64,000 bases of DNA from assembly GCA_024281375.1 (NCBI GenBank), contig JAJSAD010000003.1, positions 5,514 through 69,513 of the forward strand, given 5' to 3'. Of the stretch, positions 8,628-19,091 are shown one piece after another (positions within the stretch are counted from its first letter, which is position 1; every line of letters starts with the position of its first letter). The notes below the pieces were generated by a model, which worked only from the letters and a program-made list of their open reading frames with translations, was not told the origin of the DNA and searched no databases. This stretch comes from Alphaproteobacteria bacterium (GTDB lineage Bacteria > Pseudomonadota > Alphaproteobacteria > Caedimonadales > UBA9215). Made by a program: the position numbers and the translations under genes.

Positions 8628-8764
8628 GGGGAAATCCCTTAATCATTCAATGTATATGTAAGGTAATGAACAGGAGCCCAAAGGTCAAGTTTATAGAAGA
8701 CCCTGTGCAAGTTCATCTGAAAAAAATAAGTGCATTCTTGTAAACAAGCTGCTAGAAAAAAGGT

Positions 8765-9352
8765 ATGTTTGATCTGTCAATACTTCAAGATGCCCTGGCT
8801 TTTTTAACGCAACAATCCCTAGGATTACAGTTGCTCTTTATCTTGCTGGCCTATGCCCTTGCCCCTGTTTGTGGGGTTCCCATCACCTTTATCACCTATG
8901 TCACGGCTTTTATATTTGGCTTGAAGGTGGGGGCTCCCCTTGCTTTTATAGGGTACTGCCTGAGTCTCACTCTCCTTTTTGAAGGGGCGGCTCTCTTTAA
9001 AAATAAAAGCCTTATCAAAATCCCGTTAAGCAAGCTGCAAAACCGTTTTCCTAAACTCTCCCAACGGCTCTCTTTTCCTCTGATTGTGGGGCTGGCTTCT
9101 ATTTTGCCATACCTTCCTCTTGTTGCACTTTTGGGTCTTACACAAGAAAAACGCTTCACAACTTACAGTGCCCTTCTTTTGGGAAGTATGCCCGCTTTTA
9201 TCATTGCTCTGCAAGCCGGTGCCCTTGGTAATGGCCTTGTTATGGGCATGAGCCAAAATCGCCTCATTTTTTCCTTTATAACTTTAGGCCTAGCCCTTAT
9301 GCTTCACTTGTGGATCTTTAAAAAAGCAAAGAAAAATATCAAAAAAACATGA
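8765..9352 (+). CDS. Polytopic membrane protein, possibly TVP38/TMEM64 (DedA-superfamily)-like
   Basis: 195 aa with five to six hydrophobic segments. Its stop overlaps the start of the next gene (ATGA). Family assignment is only by general resemblance. Confidence 0.6.
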   Translation: MFDLSILQDALAFLTQQSLGLQLLFILLAYALAPVCGVPITFITYVTAFIFGLKVGAPLAFIGYCLSLTLLFEGAALFKNKSLIKIPLSKLQNRFPKLSQRLSFPLIVGLASILPYLPLVALLGLTQEKRFTTYSALLLGSMPAFIIALQAGALGNGLVMGMSQNRLIFSFITLGLALMLHLWIFKKAKKNIKKT

Positions 9353-10095
9353 CGCCTTATCTTTATTTTATCCTTCCCGTTTATAATGAATCCAAAAGCA
9401 TTTATGACTTGCTAGAGGAAATCAACACCCTTGCTAATGAGTCTCCCTCTATTATTAAGGCTTTTCCCATCAATGATGCCAGTCAAGATGACAGCGCCTC
9501 TTGGATTGGGCGTGCTCAACAAGAATTCAAAAACATCAAAATAGAAACCTTGACTCACGAAACAAATCAAGGTCTCCAGGGAGCTTTAAACACAGGACTT
9601 TCCCATATAGCTCCCCTTATTAAGGATGAGGATTATGTGGTGACAATGGACGGGGATAATACGCATCCGCCTTATCTCACCAAAACTATGATCCAAAAAC
9701 ACAAAGAAGGCGCCGACCTTGTCTTGTCTTCCCGCTATCTTGAGCAATCCGTTGTAACGGGTGTGTCTTTTTTTAGATTGTTTTTAAGTTTTGGAGCTCG
9801 GATTTTGTATCAACTTTTCTGGCGCTTTAAAGGGGTTAAAGACTACACCTGTTTATTTCGCTCCCACAAAGGGAGCCTTTTAAAGGCCTTTTTCAAAGCT
9901 CAGGAAATGCCCTATCTCACCCAACAGGGCTTTGCGTGTACAACGGAATTCTTAGCAAAATTGATGATCCACAAACCCATTACTGTTGAAGTGCCTCTTA
10001 TCTTGAATTACGGTAAAAAAGTGGGGGTTTCTAATGTGCGTATCTTTCAAACAATTTTGACATCTCTTAAAATTATGTTGAGAAAAATTTCATGA
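9349..10095 (+). CDS. Family-2 glycosyltransferase, polyprenol-phosphate sugar synthase-like (Dpm1/ArnC/GtrB type)
   Basis: 'ILPVYNES', 'NDASQDDS' and 'MDGDNTHPP' match the GT2 DxD / D-G-D-x-x-H pattern of this subgroup. Confidence 0.8.
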   Translation: MTPYLYFILPVYNESKSIYDLLEEINTLANESPSIIKAFPINDASQDDSASWIGRAQQEFKNIKIETLTHETNQGLQGALNTGLSHIAPLIKDEDYVVTMDGDNTHPPYLTKTMIQKHKEGADLVLSSRYLEQSVVTGVSFFRLFLSFGARILYQLFWRFKGVKDYTCLFRSHKGSLLKAFFKAQEMPYLTQQGFACTTEFLAKLMIHKPITVEVPLILNYGKKVGVSNVRIFQTILTSLKIMLRKIS

Positions 10096-11209
10096 AAATT
10101 ATGACTATTTTTGGGACAAGACCCGAAGCTATTAAAGTTGCGCCTTTGATCAAAGCTTTTGAAGAAGAGCCAACTATCGATCACCTTACCTGTGTTACGG
10201 CACAACATCGGGATATGCTGGATCAAGTCCTTGAAACCTTTGATATTGTGCCGGACTATGATCTTGATCTCATGAAAGAAAATCAAGACTTAGCGTCTCT
10301 TTCCGCTCAAATCTTAACAAAAATCACAGCTATCTTAAAAGAAACACAGCCAGATTTTATCCTCGTACAAGGAGACACAACAACGGTTCTGATGGCGGCG
10401 CTTGCTGCTTTTTATCAACGGATAAAAGTAGCCCACCTTGAAGCAGGCCTTCGCACAAACGATATTCTTTCCCCTTGGCCCGAAGAAGCCAATAGGCGTC
10501 TTGTTTCGACAATAACCCATGTGCATTTTGCCCCAACGCTTTATGCAAAGGAAAAACTTTGGCGGAAAATATTAACTCTCAGCGTATTCTTGTGACAGGC
10601 AATAGTGTCATTGATGCCCTTTTCAAGGCTCGTGATAAAATTGCCTCATCACCAGAAACAGTAGAACATTTTCATAAAACTTATCCCTTCTTAGAAAATA
10701 CTTCTCAAAAACTTTTGGTAACTCTTCATCGTCGGGAAAGCCATGGTGAAAAAATCTCCGGCATTTGTGAGGCTCTTAAAGAGCTTTCCCAAGAAAAAAC
10801 TAACCTTGATATTATTTTTTCCGTCCACCCCAACCCGAATGTCAAAAAAGTTGTGAAAACTATTTTAGGGGGGATTTCCAATGTACATCTTATTGCGCCA
10901 CCCCCCTATCTTGATTTTGTTCACCTCATGACTCAAGCGACTCTTATTTTAACGGATTCTGGCGGTATTCAAGAAGAAGCACCCAGTCTTAATATTCCCG
11001 TATTGGTTGCCCGTGACAAAACAGAACGCCCTGAAGGTATCCAAGCTGGTAGCAGTATTTTGGTGGGGCGGGATGGACAGGATATTAAAAAAACAATTCT
11101 CGCTTTTTTAGAGAATAAATCCTTATATAATAAGCACGCCAATATCCCTAATCCTTTTGGAGACGGCACAACAGCACAGCGCGTTCTCGACTATTTTAAG
11201 AAGGTTTAA
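10092..11209 (+). pseudogene. wecB: UDP-N-acetylglucosamine 2-epimerase, split by a 1-nt deletion near 10558-10560
   Basis: ORF 10092..10595 carries 'IFGTRPEAIKVAPL', 'QHRDMLDQV' and 'HLEAGLRT'. ORF 10559..11209 continues with 'RILVTGNSVIDAL...TDSGGIQEEAPSL'. Joining needs one extra T in 'aaactttggcg' to read 'AKEKLLAENINSQRILVTGN'. Confidence 0.88.
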
Positions 11210-11216
11210 AAAGTCC

Positions 11217-13202
11217 ATGCCCTCTTCCCTTTTAAAGCGCACGAGTACATATCTCTTTTTTATGGGGCTCCTTTTTATCACCCTTGGCATGCCTCTGGAT
11301 ACTTGGTGGACAGTAAGTGTTTTTGTTTTAGCCCTTATGATTGGTGCCCTTGCTAAAAGCCACATCAATTTAAAGAAAGGGCTCCTCGCCCTTGTGGTTT
11401 GTGGGGTAACTTTTGGTCTCAAAACCCTCCTCCCCCTTTCTTACATCGAAGAAGGTGCGAATGTCTTTGTGCCAACGGAACCTATTTTTAAAGAACTTCC
11501 TCAATCTATTTATGATCATTCAAACAAGACATTGAAAAGACTCTATCCCCAACTCCATATTTCCCCAGACCATCAACTTTACGCTTTTTCTGTAGAGCAA
11601 TTTCATCAAAAAAGTAACCTTTCGCGCAAGCGTAAAACTGTGAATTTTACGTCTCTTCATGAGGCTCGCTTTGGTTTTATGAATAAACTCAATTATAATA
11701 CCTCCCCTAGTATGACACCCAAAAGAGAGCATCTCCCCTTTTTTGTGCGTTATGAGTTACCGCAAAATCTGGCCTATCATAAAGAAACGAAAATTTGCTG
11801 GAAAGGAGATATTTTTATAAAAAATGAGGCGGGAATTTATACAAAATGGTCTGCTCCCCAAACACAATGTGTCTCAACGGTTGATGAGAAAATCAAAACA
11901 TTTTATGGGGTCTCTGTTGATCCTGAAGTTCCTTTGAGTCTTTCCATCGAAGCGCCTTTTTCGCAACGCATCTGGATCATCATTGAAATGCTTTTAAGTC
12001 TTTTCGGTGTCCTTTTAATCACAAATATCTTTTATCCTTTTAAGGCTTTTATTCAACAGCTCAAAGAAGAAAAAGAGACCCGTTTTAAGGGGATGGTGCT
12101 CTTAAGCTCTATTGTCTTCTCCTTTATTGTTGCGTTCTTTTATCGTCCGCACTTTATGTCCGGTTTTCTCCTTTTTGAAGGCGGGAATGATGCCCTGTCT
12201 TATGCCTCTAAGGCCCGGGTTGTTCTTGAAGCGTTGTTCGTTGGGGATTGGCGCACAGCCTTGATGGGAGGAGAAGCTGTCTTTGATCTCATGCCGTTGC
12301 ATCGCTATACCTATGCGCTCAACCTCTTTTTATTCGGGGAAACACATTTTGGTTATTTTATGTTGATCCTTTTTGCCCCTTTAAGTATTTACTACCTCAC
12401 CAAACATCTATTTGAATCAGCGCGTTGGGCTTTTGCTCTTGCTATGATTTTTGCTGTGGTGCCCGCCTTTGAGACTTTTGGGTTTACTCAGCTTTATATG
12501 GTGCGTTTAGGATTGAGAGGCTTTGCAGAACCTTTAAGTTATATCGCGTTTTTTACGGCCATTGCCCTCGGCCTTCCCTACCTTAAACAGTCCTTTTTAA
12601 GTACGTCTCATACACGTCCTTTCCTTGTAGGGCTTTGTCTTGCCATTGCCGTTGGGGCACGTCCTAACGTTGCTCCTGGTGCGGGGATTTTCTTGTTGTG
12701 TGTCAGCTATGGCCTTTTTAGGCACTTAAAACTGAAATATTTCCTCCAACAGGTTGCCCTGCTTTGTTTTGGTTTTCTTCCTATTCTATTGATTCCTCTT
12801 CACAATTATATATTTGGAGATGTCTTTGTCCTCTTTACCGTTGCGGGACAAAAAGTCGAAAACCTTGCGGTTTCTCTACAGGATTATGGGGCCGTTTTGA
12901 AGGGCTTGATAGAGTCAAATATCCAGCAAGAGGCGTTGAAAAAAATCACCTCTCACCTATTAACAGAAATTAAGCCTACCCAACCGTGGTTCTATCTCGT
13001 CCTGCTCCTGAACTTTTATGGCCTTTTGTCAAAGAAACTTTCCACAATGGGAAAAACAATCGCCCTCACAGGTTTGTCACAACTTTCCATTGTGTTTTTC
13101 TACAACATTGGGGGGCGTTATGGATACCTTCACTGGTCCCTTCTTTTGTTAACAGCTTTGTTGGTGTTGAAAAATCTCTTTGCAAAGAAAGGTCCCGTTT
13201 AA
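11217..13202 (+). CDS. Large polytopic membrane protein, possible GT-C-type glycosyltransferase or polymerase (function uncertain)
   Basis: About 660 aa from the ATG at 11217. It has N-terminal TM segments, a soluble segment of about 150 aa, then ten or more TM segments. It sits last in the GT2/wecB cluster. Confidence 0.7.
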   Translation: MPSSLLKRTSTYLFFMGLLFITLGMPLDTWWTVSVFVLALMIGALAKSHINLKKGLLALVVCGVTFGLKTLLPLSYIEEGANVFVPTEPIFKELPQSIYDHSNKTLKRLYPQLHISPDHQLYAFSVEQFHQKSNLSRKRKTVNFTSLHEARFGFMNKLNYNTSPSMTPKREHLPFFVRYELPQNLAYHKETKICWKGDIFIKNEAGIYTKWSAPQTQCVSTVDEKIKTFYGVSVDPEVPLSLSIEAPFSQRIWIIIEMLLSLFGVLLITNIFYPFKAFIQQLKEEKETRFKGMVLLSSIVFSFIVAFFYRPHFMSGFLLFEGGNDALSYASKARVVLEALFVGDWRTALMGGEAVFDLMPLHRYTYALNLFLFGETHFGYFMLILFAPLSIYYLTKHLFESARWAFALAMIFAVVPAFETFGFTQLYMVRLGLRGFAEPLSYIAFFTAIALGLPYLKQSFLSTSHTRPFLVGLCLAIAVGARPNVAPGAGIFLLCVSYGLFRHLKLKYFLQQVALLCFGFLPILLIPLHNYIFGDVFVLFTVAGQKVENLAVSLQDYGAVLKGLIESNIQQEALKKITSHLLTEIKPTQPWFYLVLLLNFYGLLSKKLSTMGKTIALTGLSQLSIVFFYNIGGRYGYLHWSLLLLTALLVLKNLFAKKGPV

Positions 13203-13236
13203 AACGAGGCCTTTTACAATCATAAAAAATATCTAA

Positions 13237-14730
13237 TTATTTCAGCTTAGCTTTTAATATCTCGTTAATGGCTTTGGGGTTGCCTTTGCCTTGCATGGCT
13301 TTCATGACTTGGCCCACAAAGAACCCAAAGAGCTTGTCTTTACCAGACTTATATTCGGCAACTTTATCAGTATTGTTTGCGATGATTTCATCAACAATAG
13401 CTTCAATAGCCCCATCATCACTTACCTGTTCAAGGCCATTGCTAGCCACAATATCCTCAGGACTTTCAGCAGTCTCCCACATAACGGGGAAAATTTTCTT
13501 GGCGATCTTTCCCGAAATCGTGTCGGCTACAATGAGGTCAACCATCTCGGCTAAATGAATTGCTGAAATCTTAGAGTCTTTTAAGGCAACACCTTCTTTA
13601 TTCAAAAGGCCAAACAAGTCCACTACAAGCCAATTCACGAGAACCTTAACGGTTTTTTGGTCTTTATTTTTCAGAGCATTCAAAGCCTCTTCAAAGAACG
13701 CAGACGTGTTCATATCGGCTGTCAAAACAGCCGCATCATAGCTGTTCAACTCATAATTAGCCATAAAGCGTTTTTTCTTATCATCGGGCAATTCAGGCAT
13801 GGCGTCACGAATCTGATCGACCAGTTCTTGGGGAATGACTAAGGGTGGTAAATCAGGGTCAGGAAAGTAGCGATAATCATGGGCATCTTCCTTAGAGCGC
13901 ATGGAACGTGTCACCCCTTTAACAGGATCAAACAAGCGTGTTTCTTGGGCAACACTCCCGCCATTTTCTAGAATGTCCATTTGACGGGAAATTTCATAAG
14001 CAATGGCCTGTCCCATAAAACGAATAGAGTTTACATTCTTAATTTCAGCACGGGTGCCAAGCTCGGCACCGGGGCGACGCAAGGAAATATTCACATCCGC
14101 CCGCATGCTGCCTTGCTCCATATTCCCATCGCACGTCCCAAGGCACCGCAACAAAGCCCGCAGTTTCTTCACATAAGCTTGGGCTTCTTCGATGCTTCGC
14201 ATATCAGGCTTAGAAACAATCTCCATCAAGGCCACACCAGAGCGGTTTAGATCAATATATGTCTTGCTGGGATGTTGATCGTGAATACTCTTGCCCGCAT
14301 CTTGTTCTAAATGAAGGCGCTCAATACCAATGCGGCGCTCAATGCCGCCGTCGAGTTCAATATCCAAATGACCTTCTCCCACAATAGGGAGTTCAAACTG
14401 TGAAATCTGGTAGCCTTGGGGGAGGTCAGCGTAAAAATAATTCTTACGGTCAAACAAAGATTTCAAGTTAATCTTCGCATCTAGGCCCAGACCTGTTTTA
14501 ATGGCTTGTTCTACACAAACTTTATTAATAACTGGCAACATACCTGGAAAACCCGCATCCACAAAAGAAACTTGCGCATTAGGGTCCGCCCCAAAATCCG
14601 TTGAGGCTCCTGAAAAGAGCTTGGCCTTTGAAACCACTTGTGCATGAACTTCAAGGCCAATGACAAGTTCCCAGGGACCCGTGTCGCTCTCAATCCAACG
14701 AGGGTCTTTTTCCATTACAACGTTATTCAT
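13237..14730 (-). CDS. gatB: Asp/Glu-tRNA amidotransferase subunit B
   Basis: '[13 protein letters not shown]' and 'YFPDPDLPP'. Its start overlaps the gatA stop (ATGA). Confidence 0.96.
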   Translation of the reverse strand: MNNVVMEKDPRWIESDTGPWELVIGLEVHAQVVSKAKLFSGASTDFGADPNAQVSFVDAGFPGMLPVINKVCVEQAIKTGLGLDAKINLKSLFDRKNYFYADLPQGYQISQFELPIVGEGHLDIELDGGIERRIGIERLHLEQDAGKSIHDQHPSKTYIDLNRSGVALMEIVSKPDMRSIEEAQAYVKKLRALLRCLGTCDGNMEQGSMRADVNISLRRPGAELGTRAEIKNVNSIRFMGQAIAYEISRQMDILENGGSVAQETRLFDPVKGVTRSMRSKEDAHDYRYFPDPDLPPLVIPQELVDQIRDAMPELPDDKKKRFMANYELNSYDAAVLTADMNTSAFFEEALNALKNKDQKTVKVLVNWLVVDLFGLLNKEGVALKDSKISAIHLAEMVDLIVADTISGKIAKKIFPVMWETAESPEDIVASNGLEQVSDDGAIEAIVDEIIANNTDKVAEYKSGKDKLFGFFVGQVMKAMQGKGNPKAINEILKAKLK

Positions 14731-16211
14731 GAGGCACTCCGAATTTCTTGTGTTTTTGTAGCAAAACCAGCGGCTGTTTCAAGGAACAATCCTGCATCCA
14801 ACATCTGTGTTTCCTGAAAAGCAGGGGCCGTTAATTGCATCCCTAGGGGGAGACCTTTGCTTGAAGAACCGGCGGGTATAGACATGCTGGGTAAGCCTGC
14901 AATGTTGGCTGTGACCGTTAGAATATCATTCATGTACATGGCAATGGGGTCTTTGGGTTCTTCCCCAATGGCAAAAGCGGCGGTGGGTGTTGTGGGCGTT
15001 AAAATTAAATCCACTTTCTTATAAGCCTCGGCAAAATCATTGCAAATGAGCCGGCGAACCTTAAGGGCTTTTACGAAATACGCATCATAATATCCCGCAG
15101 AAAGCACGTAAGTCCCTGTCATAATACGACGTTTTACTTCTTCTCCAAAGCCTTCGCCACGGGTTTTTTCATAGAGCTCGGTCAAATCTTTCGGATCATC
15201 AGCGCGGTGTCCATAACGCACCCCATCATAGCGCGCTAGGTTTGAAGAGGCTTCAGCAGGGGCTAAGATATAATAAGTCGGCAACGCATATTTCGAATGA
15301 GGTAAGGAGATATCAATAATCTCTGCCCCATTTTCCTTGAACCACGTGATGGTCTCTTGCCATAAAGCCTCGATTTCAGCATCAAGTCCTCCCACTTGAT
15401 ATTCCTTGGGAATGCCAATTTTAAGACCTTTAACATCACCTTTTAAAAGGTCCTTGTAAGACGGGATCTCAACGGTTGCAGAGGTCGCATCTTTGGGATC
15501 ATGACCCGCCATAGCTTCCAGCATAATGGCAGAATCACGCACCGTCTTTGTCATAGGGCCTGCTTGATCAAGGGAGGAGGCGAAGGCCATAATGCCCCAC
15601 CTGGAACACAAACCATAAGTTGGCTTCACCCCCACAAGACCACAGAAGGCAGCCGGTTGACGAATAGAACCCCCGGTATCGGTACCCGTTGCCGCCATCA
15701 CAGATCCAGCTGCAACGGCCGCCGCAGACCCACCGGAAGAGCCCCCAGGAACATAGTCTTTGTCCTCGCCTCTCACATGCCAAGGATTCTTAACAGGTCC
15801 GTAAGCACTATTGAGGTTTGCCGATCCCATGGCAAATTCATCCATGTTCATTTTGCCCAGCATCACAGCACCCCTATTCCATAAATTTTGGGTCACCGTG
15901 GATTCATAGGGAGGTTTGAAATCGTCTAAAATTTTAGAGGCTGCCGTTGTTTTAACACCCCTTGTGCAAAATAAATCTTTAATACCAATGGGAATACCTT
16001 CCATAATGCCTGCATTCCCTGCTGCAAGGCGGGCATCGGCATTTTCTGCACCTGACAAAGCAAGATCAGGAGTCTCCGTAATAAAAGCATTCAAGTCACG
16101 GGTTTCATCCAGACGCTTAAGATGCGCTTTGGTTAACTCAACGGCTGAAAACTCTTTTTGATCAAGGCCAGCTCTCGCTTCCGTGATGGTTAATGATGTT
16201 AAATCAGTCAT
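14727..16211 (-). CDS. gatA: Glu-tRNA amidotransferase subunit A
   Basis: Amidase signature '[14 protein letters not shown]'. The ATG at 16211 sits just downstream of the gatC stop. The gene ends in TGA. Confidence 0.96.
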   Translation of the reverse strand: MTDLTSLTITEARAGLDQKEFSAVELTKAHLKRLDETRDLNAFITETPDLALSGAENADARLAAGNAGIMEGIPIGIKDLFCTRGVKTTAASKILDDFKPPYESTVTQNLWNRGAVMLGKMNMDEFAMGSANLNSAYGPVKNPWHVRGEDKDYVPGGSSGGSAAAVAAGSVMAATGTDTGGSIRQPAAFCGLVGVKPTYGLCSRWGIMAFASSLDQAGPMTKTVRDSAIMLEAMAGHDPKDATSATVEIPSYKDLLKGDVKGLKIGIPKEYQVGGLDAEIEALWQETITWFKENGAEIIDISLPHSKYALPTYYILAPAEASSNLARYDGVRYGHRADDPKDLTELYEKTRGEGFGEEVKRRIMTGTYVLSAGYYDAYFVKALKVRRLICNDFAEAYKKVDLILTPTTPTAAFAIGEEPKDPIAMYMNDILTVTANIAGLPSMSIPAGSSSKGLPLGMQLTAPAFQETQMLDAGLFLETAAGFATKTQEIRSAS

Positions 16212-16215
16212 TTTT

Positions 16216-16503
16216 TTACTCCACAACCTTTGGGACGGCAAACATATTTAAATCTTTTTCAGGGGCATTTGTTAAAACACAATTGGCCTGGTCGCCCTCA
16301 TTAATGATATCGTCCCGCTCTGGCATTTGTTTGATATGAATGCTGGTTAAAGGTTCTATACCATTGGTATTCACCTCAGAAAGTTGCTCGACCCAAGACA
16401 AAATCGTCGTCAACCCGTCTTGGTATTTTGCAATTTCATCATCCTTAATTTCAATGCGCGATAGGGTGCCGATTTTACGGACCGTTTTTTCATCAATGTG
16501 CAT
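16216..16503 (-). CDS. gatC: Glu-tRNA amidotransferase subunit C
   Basis: 95 aa with '[23 protein letters not shown]'. It sits upstream of gatA and gatB. Confidence 0.92.
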   Translation of the reverse strand: MHIDEKTVRKIGTLSRIEIKDDEIAKYQDGLTTILSWVEQLSEVNTNGIEPLTSIHIKQMPERDDIINEGDQANCVLTNAPEKDLNMFAVPKVVE

Positions 16504-16565
16504 GGTCTCTCCATTTTATAAAACGTGAGCTTAGATTATAGGGTAAAGCCCAGACTGGCAAGGGC

Positions 16566-16669
16566 ATAGTCATTCCAAAAAGGTCCCAGACGTCGTCATT
16601 CGCTCCTAAACTATAAGGCATAGTCGTCGTCCCCTCTTTCCTAGACTAGAATCTTTTTGGAATGACTAT
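16566..16669. repeat. MITE-like element (family B) with perfect 17-bp terminal inverted repeats
   Basis: atagtcattccaaaaag (16566-16582) is the exact reverse complement of ctttttggaatgactat (16653-16669). The internal 'aaaaggtcccagacgtcgtcatt' recurs at about 50630-50656. Confidence 0.75.
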
Positions 16670-16694
16670 ATACCCATCCTCTTTCAAACTGTGG

Positions 16695-16796
16695 ACTTTC
16701 AAAACGGCGACACATCGCTGTCCTCACGTATGAAGTATACGCTCCGGGAGCTCTGGTCTGGTTTTAAAACCCACACGTCGAAATTGAATAAGTATA
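16695..16796 (-). repeat. Dispersed intergenic repeat family A, copy 2
   Basis: Its reverse complement aligns along nearly its whole length with 5163-5269, apart from an internal gap of about 12 nt. Confidence 0.8.
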
Positions 16797-16805
16797 GTGC
16801 TTTTC

Positions 16806-17090
16806 CTAGCAAATAAGTTCCCCCTCAGACCCTGGAAAACAGAGACGTGCTTTCACAATATCCTGAGGGGATAAGTCCATGGTCTTGGCAAAATCTATGA
16901 GGGTGGGTTCATCCATCATCATATAATCCAAAACACCGGCTAGAAATTCAGGACTTGAAATAGCGGTTTTTAACTCTTCTGGACCAACACCCGCATGGGC
17001 CAAAAATCCTCCTAAAGTCTCAAGGTTTTGGGCCATATACTCAACGGCTTTAACAGCAATAAGTTCGGCGTAGTCTTGGGCAAGTTTCAT
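16806..17090 (-). CDS. DUF3572-family protein
   Basis: 94 aa. The pattern 'AVKAVEYMA...LGGFLAHAGVGPEELK...FLAGVLDYMMMDE..LIDFA' resembles the alphaproteobacterial DUF3572 family. Confidence 0.7.
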   Translation of the reverse strand: MKLAQDYAELIAVKAVEYMAQNLETLGGFLAHAGVGPEELKTAISSPEFLAGVLDYMMMDEPTLIDFAKTMDLSPQDIVKARLCFPGSEGELIC

Positions 17091-18199
17091 ACTTTAATAC
17101 CTTTATCCTTAAGGTGGGTTTTTAAGACCCTTAGACCTTCTTTAAACTCAGAGCTTTGAAGCATCAAGGTGGCTTTATTCATGGTAGAAACGGCCAATGC
17201 AAAGAGGCTTTTGGGAGAACCAAGTTGAACATCGCCTTGACGAATTGCCAACTGGAATTTCTTATACTCCATAACATCACCCAGTTTTGGAAGGGTTTTC
17301 TGATTCGATAAAAAGGCAAGGCGGAATCCGTGAAACGCATAACAAAAGGGGCGGATCACATGGAACTTAGCCATTTCAAGCGCTGTTGGCTTGCGCCCAT
17401 AATAGGCCTGCATAAATTGGGGCAAAAGACTTTCATCATAGACATGGAAATTCGCAAACATACAAAGGTCAATGGGATAATAATCATTGGAGGCTGTCTC
17501 CCAATCAATCAACCAGGCTTTCTTTTTATCATAAAGAACATTATGGGGGCTAATATCATGATGAACGGGACGAATATCATCAAAAAAATGAGCAAAAATA
17601 GCTTCAACTTCCGTGGCTCTTTCTGCGTAAAGGGTCGCGTCTTCCTCTTTCACAAAAGAAGAGATCAGTCCATTATTTACCAAGCGTTGTTCATCTTGAC
17701 GCAAGATATCAAAGAAGAGCCTATCCCGGTTTAAAGGCTTAGAGTCATGAAAAGCGCGTATTTTATGGGCAACCATTTTGTGAAAAGGGGCTGCACGACG
17801 GTTAATACCATTATTATTATCAATATAAGCAAGCACCAGCGTTTTGTTTTTTAAATGACTATAATAAAGCTTGGGCCCGACACCCACATCCCCTGTAATC
17901 TGGGCTGCTGTTATTTCGGTTTCAATGTCTTCTTGGGGGGAATCTTTCATAATTTTTACAATAAAATTACCTTGACGGGTTGTCACTTTAAAAAGGTCTG
18001 CCTTTGAAAATCCCCCGGCAATCATTTTGATATCATTTGCCTGTGTAAGCGTTATGCTAAGTCCCTCTTGAAAGGATTTATGGATAGTACCCCGGTGTCT
18101 TTCAAGGGCTTGTTTTTGTTTTTCAACGGGACCTAAGGTTGCTGCAAAAGCGTTGTGTGTAAAGAAAAAGGCTAAAAAAAGGCCAGCAAGATATTTCAT
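17087..18199 (-). CDS. Choline/ethanolamine-kinase-like (APH-fold) kinase with a predicted signal peptide
   Basis: 'HHDISPHNVLYD' (HxDxxxxN) and 'LIDWETASNDYYPIDL' (ChoK/LicA-type). From the ATG at 18199 the N-terminus 'MKYLAGLFLAFFFTHNAFA/A' looks like a Sec signal. Confidence 0.75.
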   Translation of the reverse strand: MKYLAGLFLAFFFTHNAFAATLGPVEKQKQALERHRGTIHKSFQEGLSITLTQANDIKMIAGGFSKADLFKVTTRQGNFIVKIMKDSPQEDIETEITAAQITGDVGVGPKLYYSHLKNKTLVLAYIDNNNGINRRAAPFHKMVAHKIRAFHDSKPLNRDRLFFDILRQDEQRLVNNGLISSFVKEEDATLYAERATEVEAIFAHFFDDIRPVHHDISPHNVLYDKKKAWLIDWETASNDYYPIDLCMFANFHVYDESLLPQFMQAYYGRKPTALEMAKFHVIRPFCYAFHGFRLAFLSNQKTLPKLGDVMEYKKFQLAIRQGDVQLGSPKSLFALAVSTMNKATLMLQSSEFKEGLRVLKTHLKDKGIKV

Positions 18200-18231
18200 A
18201 TTTTTAACGTTCCTGTTTATTAGAGTCGTTC

Positions 18232-18987
18232 CTATAGTTTTAGTCCTGAATGTATGGCTACAATACCCTGATTCATATCGCGCCATGTTACCTGTTGAAA
18301 TCCAGCTTTCGTAACCCTCTCTGCCAAGGTCTGCTGATCCGGGAAACGGGCAATGCTCTCCACCAAATATTGATAGGCTTCTTTGTCGTTGGCAATGAGC
18401 GATCCCATCTTTGGAATTATTTGAAAAGAATAAAAGTCATACAATTTTTCTAAAGAAGCAGAGGTTACTTTGGAAAATTCGAGGCAGAAAAATTGCCCCC
18501 CAGGTTTTAAAACACGGTAAGCTTCTTTGAGTGCTTTTTCCATTTTCGTTACATTGCGCAAGCCAAAAGAAATAGTGTAGGCATCAAAAGTGTTATCTGC
18601 GAAAGGAATGCTTGCCGCATCACAACAGGTCCAAGAGATATTTTCCAAAATACCTTGATTAATGGCTTTGCGTTTTCCTTCCGCCAGCATCTTGTCATTC
18701 ATGTCGCAAACGTTGACCTGTGAGGCGGGCGTGAATTTTTGAGACGCCTCTAAAAAACGAAAGGCAATATCGCCGGTCCCGCCAGCCATATCCAACAAGT
18801 GCATCCCAGAGCGCGGACGGAGCATTTGAATCAGTTCATTTTTCCAATAGCGATGCACGCCTAAGCTCATGACATCATTCATAACATCATAGCTTTTTGC
18901 GACTCGCCTAAAAATATCCGTTACACGATCGGTTTTTTCGTCGGGAGAGACATCCTTAAATCCAAAACTTGTCTTAGAATCTATCAT
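18232..18987 (-). CDS. ubiE: Ubiquinone/menaquinone C-methyltransferase
   Basis: 'YDVMNDVMSLGVHRYWK' and 'LDMAGGTGDIAF'. Confidence 0.94.
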   Translation of the reverse strand: MIDSKTSFGFKDVSPDEKTDRVTDIFRRVAKSYDVMNDVMSLGVHRYWKNELIQMLRPRSGMHLLDMAGGTGDIAFRFLEASQKFTPASQVNVCDMNDKMLAEGKRKAINQGILENISWTCCDAASIPFADNTFDAYTISFGLRNVTKMEKALKEAYRVLKPGGQFFCLEFSKVTSASLEKLYDFYSFQIIPKMGSLIANDKEAYQYLVESIARFPDQQTLAERVTKAGFQQVTWRDMNQGIVAIHSGLKL

Positions 18988-19091
18988 AGAAAGACACTTT
19001 TTTTATTTCATTCCCTCTAAAATACGCCACATTTTTAAAGACATCTAGGGGGAAAAATGTTAAAGACTATATTTTGGAAAGGAATGGACAT

